Of a stretch of 64,000 bases of DNA, positions 19,956-28,427 are shown one piece after another. Position 1 is the first letter of the stretch; every line of letters starts with the position of its first letter. The notes beneath the pieces were generated by a model, which saw only the letters and a list, made by a program, of their open reading frames with translations, made no database searches and was not told the DNA's origin. This DNA is from Candidatus Poseidoniales archaeon. GTDB taxonomy: Archaea; Thermoplasmatota; Poseidoniia; Poseidoniales; Poseidoniaceae. The stretch lies in NCBI GenBank assembly GCA_012959275.1, contig DUDM01000034.1, positions 16,688 through 80,687 on the forward strand, in the 5' to 3' direction. A program made the translations under genes and the position numbers.

Positions 19956-21598
19956 AAGTGGCCGGTCTTGGGACCTCAGACGCTGGTCGTCGCTATCAGC
20001 CAGCGACCCTTTCCTCCGCTTTTGGTATTACATTCAAAATGATGTTTAGAGAAGAATGGAGGCAGAATGTTGACTTCGCCAAAAAGAGACATATTCTGAT
20101 GTTTCCTGCTTTATTGGCAATTGTGACCATGGTTCTAATCGTCGGGATTAAGTTTCTCGTAGGAGAAGGGGTTGCGGATGTTGAAGGTCTTGAAGACCAG
20201 CGCCGTGCTTTTACTTGGGATGAACTGAAATTCGCTCTTCATCTTCCTCTTTTCATGTTCAGTTTAGGGATGGGTTCTTTCGCTTTTCTGGGTAGAGTAA
20301 TGGTCAGTCAACGGAGTTCTGGGCTGAATTATTTACTCGCTTCGCCGGCGCTACAACCCATACCGCAATCCACTAACCATTTCGCATATTGGGTAAAGGA
20401 AGTTTGTTTCTATCTGATGCTAATTTTGATGCCAGTTTCAGTCGGAATGTCTTTGGGTATTCTTCTTGAAGTCTTTTTTGAACTCGAAACTCCACTCCTT
20501 TGGACCTCGATTCCAATCACTATGTTTGCCATGGGATTAACTTTGGCTGAGGGTTTAGCAGTCTCATTTCTGGCCAGTGCATTATGGACTCGCGGAAAAT
20601 CTTGGTCACGAATTGTACCATTTTTAGCAGTGCTTGCTGGAGTATTTGTTCTGGGTGGTTGGGTTGATTTTGACAGTTTTATTCTTGGTTATTCATTTCA
20701 GTTGAATCATTCTCTATGGATTGGATTATTAGCGGTCCTTTTGATTCCGGTCTTGGCATGGCTTGGAGCGATATCGGTGGCTGATGACTTTGAACAACAA
20801 GTATCTGAGCGTAAAGAATTGCTATCGCCAATTTACTCCCGTTTGTCTTTCCTTGGCAATGGCACTCTGCGCTTGTTGGTGGCAAAAGAATTTGTTGACT
20901 TGATTCGCAGTGGTACGATTAAGAAGATGATAATTTCCTACACAGTTCCGCTGTTGGTATTACTAGCATTGGCTTGGTTAGTTGACTTTACTGATTCCCC
21001 GATTCCAGTGAACTTGCTTACTTACGCCCCCTTTCTCGGATTCTTTGGTTTTAATTTCTATTCATGGTTAACCGGAATTGATTCCCCTGAATTTATGAAC
21101 GGCATCCCTGCGACAGTACCGCAATTGATTCGAGCAAAAGTGGTGACTTATTTCTTGACAACAACTTGGATAAGTATTCTATTCTTGATCCTAATGGCTT
21201 GGAAATTGGATTCTTTTGCGATGTTACCGGTAGCCTTGATAGTTATGATTGCAAATAGTATTTACATCGTTTGTTTGACTGCATTCTTAATGGGATTGCG
21301 GCCCAATAAGGCCATTTTTGATGCTTCCATTATGATTTGGTTTTGGGTTGGAACCGTTATTCCATTACTCGTGCTTTTCTTGCTTTCCTTTTCACAAGGC
21401 GATACTTCATTCTACGATAATTGGGTTACTCAAGTTGGTCAAAATGGGTTAGATGCCGAGGCGGTTGCTTTTGATAATGAGAGGATGCAAAAGGGTTTCA
21501 CTGGTATTCTGACCATCTCAGTACTTCTGATTGGTGGAGGTTGGTTTTTGATGAAGTTACTCGATAGGCGATGGAAGCATGCTCCATTCAACAACTGA
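19952..21598 (+). CDS. polytopic membrane protein, presumed permease partner of the upstream ABC ATPase
   Basis: GTGA overlap with the ATPase stop. 548 aa with about 12 hydrophobic spans. Family not recognised. Confidence 0.65.
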   Translation: MKVAGLGTSDAGRRYQPATLSSAFGITFKMMFREEWRQNVDFAKKRHILMFPALLAIVTMVLIVGIKFLVGEGVADVEGLEDQRRAFTWDELKFALHLPLFMFSLGMGSFAFLGRVMVSQRSSGLNYLLASPALQPIPQSTNHFAYWVKEVCFYLMLILMPVSVGMSLGILLEVFFELETPLLWTSIPITMFAMGLTLAEGLAVSFLASALWTRGKSWSRIVPFLAVLAGVFVLGGWVDFDSFILGYSFQLNHSLWIGLLAVLLIPVLAWLGAISVADDFEQQVSERKELLSPIYSRLSFLGNGTLRLLVAKEFVDLIRSGTIKKMIISYTVPLLVLLALAWLVDFTDSPIPVNLLTYAPFLGFFGFNFYSWLTGIDSPEFMNGIPATVPQLIRAKVVTYFLTTTWISILFLILMAWKLDSFAMLPVALIVMIANSIYIVCLTAFLMGLRPNKAIFDASIMIWFWVGTVIPLLVLFLLSFSQGDTSFYDNWVTQVGQNGLDAEAVAFDNERMQKGFTGILTISVLLIGGGWFLMKLLDRRWKHAPFNN

Positions 21599-21638
21599 GC
21601 CGGTTGATTGATTGCTATTGGGCGCTTCGACTTTGTTG

Positions 21639-22196
21639 ATGGGCTTGGTTATCGCGGTAGTTGGAATGCCAGGTTGCGGCAAAGGAGAATTGGCAAACGT
21701 TGTTGCTGATGCCGGATATCCTGTATTTTCGATGGGCGATATGATTCGGGCCGAAGTGGAGAGCCAAGGCATAGAAGGAGATCCGCATGTGTTTGGCAGA
21801 GTTGCTCAAGAAATGAGGGATGAATTTGGATATGGAGTGTTGGCAACAAAACTTGTCCCTGAAGTCGAAAAATCTCTCTCTACATATCCTCTAGTATTAA
21901 TTGAAGGAATGAGAGGGGTTGATGAGCGAGAGGTATTTGTGCAGGCATGGCAATCAAACTTCCAAGTTGTAGCAATTGAGGCCGCGGTTGATATTAGATT
22001 TGACAGAATTACACAACGAGGACGGGCTGAGGATGGCAACCGTGCTTCCTTCGATATCAGAGACCAGAGGGAATCTGGGTGGGGTGTTGAAAAATTGATT
22101 TTAAGTGCTGAACACCATCTCACAAATGAATCTAGTCTGGGGGAATTCCAGAATGCAGCAAAACACTGGCTGGAAAGCATTTTTCCGGTACACTGA
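21639..22196 (+). CDS. UPF0200-type P-loop nucleotide kinase (adenylate kinase/CoaE-like)
   Basis: ATG at 21639 gives MGLVIAVVGMPGCGKGELANVVADAGYPVFSMGDMIRAEV, the pattern of archaeal UPF0200 proteins. Confidence 0.7.
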   Translation: MGLVIAVVGMPGCGKGELANVVADAGYPVFSMGDMIRAEVESQGIEGDPHVFGRVAQEMRDEFGYGVLATKLVPEVEKSLSTYPLVLIEGMRGVDEREVFVQAWQSNFQVVAIEAAVDIRFDRITQRGRAEDGNRASFDIRDQRESGWGVEKLILSAEHHLTNESSLGEFQNAAKHWLESIFPVH

Positions 22197-22295
22197 AAGC
22201 CTAAAGGATAGGTATGAAGCAACCTCAATGTCAACCAAAGGTTATAGTGGGTTTGAAGTCGTGCTTCTCCCTGCCTATAGCAGGGGCAACTCATC

Positions 22296-23828
22296 ATGGC
22301 CAGAAAGAAAGGGGGCAAGGGCGGTGGCAGAAAGCGCCGCGGCGGCAAAGCGCAGGTAACATATGATGAATTGGATAAGTATCCTGTACTGCCTCCACAC
22401 GCCTTTGCGCGCATCGTTCGTGATAAGAGAACCTTGAACATCATTTACCAGATTATCGAACCTCCTTTGAATAAGAAGGAACAAGAAATTCTGGATGAAT
22501 TGATTAGCATCTTCGTTAGAGCATTAACTGCAAATATCGCAGATATAGATGCCGACGCTCCTGCTTATTTACGTACTGCGATGGATAAAATCATCAAAGC
22601 ATATGGAATGAAGGTTAACAAGAAAACTAAGTCTAAGATTTTCTATTACTTGAGGCGTGATATGATTGGCTATGGTCGAATGGACGTGCTGATGAATGAT
22701 TCAAATGTTGAAGACGTATCTTGTGATGGCACCGGAGTTCCAATTTTCGCATATCACCGGAAGTTCGAATCTGTTGAAACTACTTGTTCATGGGATACCG
22801 ATGAGGAACTTGAATCCTATGTTATCAAGTTAGCACAACGTTGTGGAAAGCATATTTCAGTTGCTGAACCACTTCTGGATGCTACGCTGATGGATGGTTC
22901 AAGAATTGTATTGAAGTTGGGTCGTGAGATATCAACTCGTGGTTCCTGTTTTTGTATTCGTCGTTTCAAGGAGGACCCGTTCTCTCCTTGCGATATTATC
23001 GCCTTCAGGACGATGTCATCTTTGATGGTTGCATATCTTTGGATAGCATTCCAAAATGAAGTTCCAATGCTATTCGTGGGTGGAACAGCATCTGGAAAAA
23101 CTACCACTCTTAATGCAATGTGTATTTTCATACCATGGCAGATGAAAATTGTTAGTATTGAGTCAACCCGCGAAGTTAACATTCCGCAACCAAACTGGGT
23201 TCCCGGATTAACTAGACAAGGATTCGGTGGAGAATCGAAAGAAGGAGAAATCGGAGAATTCGAGTTGCTAAAAGCCGCTCTTCGTGAACGGCCTGAGTAT
23301 ATCATTGTGGGTGAAATCCGTGGTGCAGAGGCATATGTTCTGTTCCAAGCGATGGCAACTGGGCACTGTGCATATTCAACAGTCCACGCTGATTCGGTTC
23401 CCTCATTAGTTCACAGATTGGAAAATAAACCAATTGATATCCCGCGTGTTCTTCTTCCTTCTCTAGAAGCATGTGTTATTCAGATTCAAACTAGAATAAA
23501 TGGACAACGTGTTCGACGTTCGAAACAAATCGTTGAGATTGTAGGAATTGATCCTAATTCAATGGAAATCATAACCAATGAAGTATTCCGCTGGGATGTT
23601 TCTGTGGATGATTTCAAATTCAGTGGAAAATCCTATGTTCTGGAGAAGATAATGGTCAAAATAAACTTCAGTCAAGACGAGATGCGAAGGGAATTACGCA
23701 CACGTAAGCGGATTCTTGAATGGATGGTGTTGAATGATATTCGAAAAGCCGACCAAGTTTCACAAATAGTAACAGAATATTACGTCAGACCACATGAAAT
23801 TCTTGCTCGGGTCGATGGATTACGCTGA
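22296..23828 (+). CDS. FlaI/ArlI/PilB-type secretion ATPase (type IV pilus / archaellum superfamily)
   Basis: 510 aa with Walker A VGGTASGKTTTLNA and Walker B PEYIIVGEIRGAEA. Basic N-terminus MARKKGGKGGGRKRRGGK. Confidence 0.9.
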   Translation: MARKKGGKGGGRKRRGGKAQVTYDELDKYPVLPPHAFARIVRDKRTLNIIYQIIEPPLNKKEQEILDELISIFVRALTANIADIDADAPAYLRTAMDKIIKAYGMKVNKKTKSKIFYYLRRDMIGYGRMDVLMNDSNVEDVSCDGTGVPIFAYHRKFESVETTCSWDTDEELESYVIKLAQRCGKHISVAEPLLDATLMDGSRIVLKLGREISTRGSCFCIRRFKEDPFSPCDIIAFRTMSSLMVAYLWIAFQNEVPMLFVGGTASGKTTTLNAMCIFIPWQMKIVSIESTREVNIPQPNWVPGLTRQGFGGESKEGEIGEFELLKAALRERPEYIIVGEIRGAEAYVLFQAMATGHCAYSTVHADSVPSLVHRLENKPIDIPRVLLPSLEACVIQIQTRINGQRVRRSKQIVEIVGIDPNSMEIITNEVFRWDVSVDDFKFSGKSYVLEKIMVKINFSQDEMRRELRTRKRILEWMVLNDIRKADQVSQIVTEYYVRPHEILARVDGLR

Positions 23829-23848
23829 CCATAGGGAAGGGAAAGAGC

Positions 23849-24880
23849 ATGGAACTCACAGGCTGGCAGAAAATCTGTCACAGAATAATCGGTAAACCGA
23901 TTAAGAAAAGGGCCCGTGCTGATAAGCAATTATGTAAAACTCTAGAACAGGCAGCAATCCCTCTAATGCCTGAAGTATATATGGCGACAAATATAGTCAC
24001 TTCAATTGCGGTATTCTTAGTATGTATTGGAGTTATTGTCATTGTCTTTTTCCCAGGTATTGGAGTCATCTCCTTGTATGAATCGATGCCTAACCCAGAG
24101 ACTGAAACTCCGTGTAAAATTTGGGAATATTGGAACCCCGATAAGGCTGCAGCTGGAAAAATGGCAGGACTCCCAGGAAATGGTTGCCCCGATTATGAGA
24201 CATTGGTATTCCCAGGTTATCTAACAATTTTGATTCCAGTATTTTTTGGCTTCCTCATCCCATATGGGGCTTTCAAATATTTCAAGGGCGGAGCAAAACG
24301 AGAGGCTAAGGCGCGTTCGATGGCCTTGGAGAAGTTTTTGCCTTATGCTGCATCGTATACTGCTGCAATGTCGGCTGCTAACGCAACTCCGCAAAAAATG
24401 TTCAGATCATTGGCAATGAATGAAGATATTTACGGCGACATTGCTTATGATGCTTCGATGATATATCGAGATATTACATTACTCGGATTTGATTTGCTGA
24501 CAGCAATTAAGATGTCGGTTAATCGTGCAGCCTCACCTTGGTTAACAGAGTTCTTTCAAGGAATGGTTGGTACCTTGACTTCTGGAGGAAATTTGAAACT
24601 ATACTTCCTCAATCGTGCTGAATTCTATATGCGAGAAAATCGAATACGTTTGCAAGTATTCCTTGAGACTCTCGCAATGTTAGCAGAATCTTATGTTGTG
24701 GTAGCAGTAGCAATGCCTCTGTTCCTAATCGTCATGTTGGTCATCATGTTCTGGGTATCAGGTTCAGGTTCACAAATGAGTGAGAGTTTCCTTTATACAA
24801 TCATTATGGGAGTAATTCCAGCGATACACGTTGCATATGCGCTCTTAGTTTGGACGATGAGTAAAGAACAAGATATGTGA
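23849..24880 (+). CDS. FlaJ/TadB-like platform membrane protein, first half (single T2SSF-type domain)
   Basis: 343 aa. TM segments flank a cytoplasmic helical domain (LPYAASYTAAMSAANATPQKMFRSLA...). Lies immediately downstream of the ATPase. Confidence 0.75.
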   Translation: MELTGWQKICHRIIGKPIKKRARADKQLCKTLEQAAIPLMPEVYMATNIVTSIAVFLVCIGVIVIVFFPGIGVISLYESMPNPETETPCKIWEYWNPDKAAAGKMAGLPGNGCPDYETLVFPGYLTILIPVFFGFLIPYGAFKYFKGGAKREAKARSMALEKFLPYAASYTAAMSAANATPQKMFRSLAMNEDIYGDIAYDASMIYRDITLLGFDLLTAIKMSVNRAASPWLTEFFQGMVGTLTSGGNLKLYFLNRAEFYMRENRIRLQVFLETLAMLAESYVVVAVAMPLFLIVMLVIMFWVSGSGSQMSESFLYTIIMGVIPAIHVAYALLVWTMSKEQDM

Positions 24881-26757
24881 ATAAGGGAGGTGATGAATTG
24901 GCGAGAAAAAAGGATAAAATCAAGGTTGACCTTGAACTTCCCAAGTCCGATACAACATTGATGAAACTCTATGGAATTCTCGGAGTCTGTATGATTCTAG
25001 GAATTTCAAGCATTATTTTCTGGTTCATTAATTCACCTTTTCTGCCAACTCCAAATGGGCAGCCAATGTTCGTAAATCTTGCCTGTAGCTGGGACCCAAC
25101 CAAACATCCAGATATGGGAGATAACGAATCCTGTTCTTTGCTGCATGATGAATCTCAAACATCGACATATGTTGCGCCCAAAGCATGGCCAAAATTCTAT
25201 TCAAAAGGTCAGCGTTTCATTGCTCCCGGATTGATGCAGGAGGATAGAGGCAATTTTACGGGTGAATTACTGCAACCATTCACTTGGAATTGTGTAGCAA
25301 AAGCCGACGAAGCAATTCCCTTTACTCTTCAATTATGGGATTATGAAGGACGGGTTTTGGCTGAAAGTCATGGCTTTGCCAATGGAGGAAAATGTCAGTT
25401 AAAACATGACCACGTTGAACCAGGAGAACAGTATTCTATCGTTGCTTATTCAGATGACTCAGGTTTGATGAAGTTGCGACCAATGGAATTCAGTATTAGC
25501 ATCGAAACTTATGATGGAATCCCTGAAAATATGAACAATGCATCCCTTTGGGTAGGTCCGGAAGTTAATTTGGGTATCACAACCTTTAGGCCTACACTTT
25601 TCCTTAATTTCTTTGGAGTAGGAATATTCGTAGCCTTTTTCCCAGCTTCATATTATTGGGATGGTGTAAAAAATAGAATCAATTCAAAGGAGGAGAAGTT
25701 CCCTGACTTCTTACGTGATTTAGCAGAATATTGGAAGGGTGGTTTGTCGATGAACGTGGCAGTTCAAACTTTGGCCAATTCGGAATATGGGCCACTAAAC
25801 CCAGAAGTTCAAAAGATGGCCAACCAATTATCTTGGGGCGTAGCATTTGGTGATGTCATATTGTTATTCGCAGATAGTGTAGGCACACCACTCGTCAAGC
25901 GAGCAATTTCACTAATTGCTGAAGCCAATAAAGCAGGAGGAAAAATCTCTGACATATTGGTGACTGCAGCAAATGATAGTAGAGAAATAAAGTTCTTGGA
26001 AGGTGAAAGAAAGAGAGCGATTTCATCCTATATTGCTGTTATTTGGGTATCCTACATGGTTTTCCTTGGTGTTATTGTAGTTCTGGGTAAAGTCTTCATT
26101 CCTGCGATTGCATCTTCAAATTCAGAAGGTGATGGAGATGATGCTGCTGAAGGTGACGACGACGAAGAAGAAGGCGAAGGCGGTGGAGCACAACTTGGAA
26201 ACATGACGATTCGTGCCATTGACCCATTATTTTTCTTGATGGTCTTCTACTACGGCGTCACTCTACAGGCAGTTGGTAATGGAGTAATGGCTGGGCTGAT
26301 GGCGACGGGGAGATTCAGTTCAGGGATGAAACACGCAGGTATGATGATAGTTCTAGCTTTGTTTGCATTCAATTTCGTGGTATTCTCACCCGAATTGATT
26401 GGAATTCAGCAAGCCCCTCCCATCGATGTTAGGGCTGGTACATTTGACCCGCCATCTCGGACTGCAAACACTATGCCAGAAGTGTCTGGATTGGCAATTA
26501 ATCCCATATCTCCTTCTGATTCTTCAAATTTATCTGCGACATATGCTTATTTTGATGCGGATGGACATGGGGAGTCATCATCAAAAATTCAATGGTTCAA
26601 AGATGGAGCCTTACAAGTGATGTATAATGGTCAGAAGACTATTCCTTCAAGTGCAACCTCAGTTGGAGATGAATGGTATTTCAGTGTTACACCGCATGAC
26701 GGATTGGATTACGGCAATAAAGTTAGCATGGTAGACCCGGTTACGGTGGTGGCATGA
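24877..26757 (+). CDS. FlaJ/TadC-like platform membrane protein, second half, with large extracytoplasmic insertions
   Basis: Overlaps the upstream stop (start GTG 24877 or TTG 24898). T2SSF-like core (FPDFLRDLAEYWKGGLSMNVAVQTLA...). Extra Cys-containing N-terminal ectodomain, an acidic run GDGDDAAEGDDDEEEGEGGG and a roughly 110-aa C-terminal beta-rich domain. Confidence 0.75.
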   Translation: MNKGGDELARKKDKIKVDLELPKSDTTLMKLYGILGVCMILGISSIIFWFINSPFLPTPNGQPMFVNLACSWDPTKHPDMGDNESCSLLHDESQTSTYVAPKAWPKFYSKGQRFIAPGLMQEDRGNFTGELLQPFTWNCVAKADEAIPFTLQLWDYEGRVLAESHGFANGGKCQLKHDHVEPGEQYSIVAYSDDSGLMKLRPMEFSISIETYDGIPENMNNASLWVGPEVNLGITTFRPTLFLNFFGVGIFVAFFPASYYWDGVKNRINSKEEKFPDFLRDLAEYWKGGLSMNVAVQTLANSEYGPLNPEVQKMANQLSWGVAFGDVILLFADSVGTPLVKRAISLIAEANKAGGKISDILVTAANDSREIKFLEGERKRAISSYIAVIWVSYMVFLGVIVVLGKVFIPAIASSNSEGDGDDAAEGDDDEEEGEGGGAQLGNMTIRAIDPLFFLMVFYYGVTLQAVGNGVMAGLMATGRFSSGMKHAGMMIVLALFAFNFVVFSPELIGIQQAPPIDVRAGTFDPPSRTANTMPEVSGLAINPISPSDSSNLSATYAYFDADGHGESSSKIQWFKDGALQVMYNGQKTIPSSATSVGDEWYFSVTPHDGLDYGNKVSMVDPVTVVA

Positions 26758-27215
26758 AGTCTCTGGTTAAGCCAGAAGATGAAGCACAAATCCACGTGCT
26801 GGAAATGCTAACTTTGTTTTGGTTATTCTTCATGTCAGCAATATTCATCCTAAAAATACAGGTTCCAGACCCTCCTTCAATTGCTGTTGATGCAACTCTT
26901 GAATCATCAGCTGAGGACTCCATTCGCATGGCTAAAGTAAGTAATCCAGTGAATAGTAGTGCTGCTGACTCGAGATTAGCAGAGTTATTGGCTGAAAAGG
27001 ACTTAGATTCTGCATGCGACCTTATTTTATCTGGGCTGGGGGCTACTGTTGATGGAAGATGTTGGTTAGCGATGGATGGTTCAGCCTCGGAAGTTCATGG
27101 ACCTTCGACCTATCCCTTAGGAAGAACTGAAACGGTTCATTCGATGTTTGTGGAAAACGATAATTTGTGGACTATTTCAGTTGATGTTTGGCATCGAGGA
27201 GGAGGAACATCATGA
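26754..27215 (+). CDS. pilin-like small secreted protein (putative class III signal peptide)
   Basis: ATGA overlap with the upstream gene. N-terminus MKSLVKPEDEAQIHVLEMLTLFWLFFMSAIFIL has a charged head, then EAQ, then a 22-residue hydrophobic helix. Confidence 0.55.
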   Translation: MKSLVKPEDEAQIHVLEMLTLFWLFFMSAIFILKIQVPDPPSIAVDATLESSAEDSIRMAKVSNPVNSSAADSRLAELLAEKDLDSACDLILSGLGATVDGRCWLAMDGSASEVHGPSTYPLGRTETVHSMFVENDNLWTISVDVWHRGGGTS

Positions 27216-27667
27216 GGGCCAATAGAATGACTCGACAAGACCCAGAATCTTCAGAGGCAGCACAAATGTTGTTGGCTGCTGGAATGGTACTTCTGATGTC
27301 TCTTCTTTCAATGGCAGTGTATGGAGTAAAATTGGCAGGACTTGGTACTCCTTATGATTCAGGAGCAGATGAATTACTCGATGTTAGTCGAGAATTGCAA
27401 CTAAATTTCGCGCCGTTGATGGAGGAGAGGACTCAGATAAGAATCGATGCGGGAATGGATTGGCTTGATGCCGCTGAGAGTGCCCTTCAGTCTGCTCATG
27501 ATGATTACCTTCATCATGGCGAATTAAGAGGTGTCGAAATTAAAATGTTGGAAATGGCGGTTAGTAACAATAGCGGAGTGTTGACGATTTCTGTAGAGGC
27601 TGGTTTGTCAGATTCACATGCTATGTTGGAATTGCCATTGAGTATGGAATTTACTCCATCAAGTTGA
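27212..27667 (+). CDS. pilin-like small secreted protein (putative class III signal peptide)
   Basis: ATG at 27212 preceded by GGAGGAGG, with ATGA overlap. N-terminus MRANRMTRQDPESSEAAQMLLAAGMVLLMSLLSMAVYGV has the same architecture as the preceding gene. Confidence 0.55.
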   Translation: MRANRMTRQDPESSEAAQMLLAAGMVLLMSLLSMAVYGVKLAGLGTPYDSGADELLDVSRELQLNFAPLMEERTQIRIDAGMDWLDAAESALQSAHDDYLHHGELRGVEIKMLEMAVSNNSGVLTISVEAGLSDSHAMLELPLSMEFTPSS

Positions 27668-27672
27668 GTTCT

Positions 27673-28332
27673 TCACTTGATACTCTTATTCCACTCAAGG
27701 TCTAACCAATGCTCAATCCTATCTACGGGGTCGGCAATAGTTGTAGGGTCCATAGTATCCCATTGTTTCATTCTGCCCAAGTCAATCGCCCCATTTTGAA
27801 TGGCTCGAATCCTGTCAAAGGCTGCTAAGTAGCGGTCTGCTTTCCTCCATGAGTGTGCATCTCGTTCCTTGAGCATCGAGATATGCGTCTCTTCAACTTC
27901 CACAATCATGATGAAACCAATTGCAATCCCACCTTGCTCCCGCCATTCTTCCAACCAACGGTTATCCGGCATCAGATGAACACCCTCGATGATTAGGTCA
28001 ATCCCCTCTCTGCGTGCTCGGGCAATCGTCGCATCGATTCCAGCTTCAACAACTCCACAGGAATCCTTCCAATCAAGAACTGGGTCTCCTGCTTCACCTC
28101 GAGTGAAGGATGAACGGTGTAAGCGTGGAATACCTCGTTCAGGATCACATGACCTCATAACTTCCCGAATAGCATCAGTTGATATGATTCGGGCAAAACC
28201 GAGGCGCTTTGCTGCGTCTATTGAGATAGTTGATTTACCAACTCCAGATGCACCGGCAATCAGCACCAATCTAGGTTGTTTTTGGCGGAGCCCTGAGACC
28301 ACAGATGCATGCATTCCAACCTTGTCTACCAT
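27673..28332 (-). CDS. 2-phosphoglycerate kinase-like P-loop kinase
   Basis: Walker A LIAGASGVGKSTIS and IIEGVHL. I start at the ATG at 28332. The track ORF start at 28626 would overlap the divergent ALDH gene and encodes Leu/His-rich junk. Confidence 0.7.
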   Translation of the reverse strand: MVDKVGMHASVVSGLRQKQPRLVLIAGASGVGKSTISIDAAKRLGFARIISTDAIREVMRSCDPERGIPRLHRSSFTRGEAGDPVLDWKDSCGVVEAGIDATIARARREGIDLIIEGVHLMPDNRWLEEWREQGGIAIGFIMIVEVEETHISMLKERDAHSWRKADRYLAAFDRIRAIQNGAIDLGRMKQWDTMDPTTIADPVDRIEHWLDLEWNKSIK

Positions 28333-28427
28333 ACGCCTCAACTTCGCCTGTTCAACCGGCCTATCAAATCCACCGTTGGAAATGCTACGCCGACAGACCT
28401 TTGATGGCGAATCATTTGGGCCGAGAT

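Noticed and set aside
21806-23305. Minus-strand ORFs of 212 aa (21806-22444) and 162 aa (22817-23305)
   Set aside because: They lie antisense to the well-supported UPF0200 kinase and FlaI-type ATPase genes. No motifs are present, so they are shadow ORFs.
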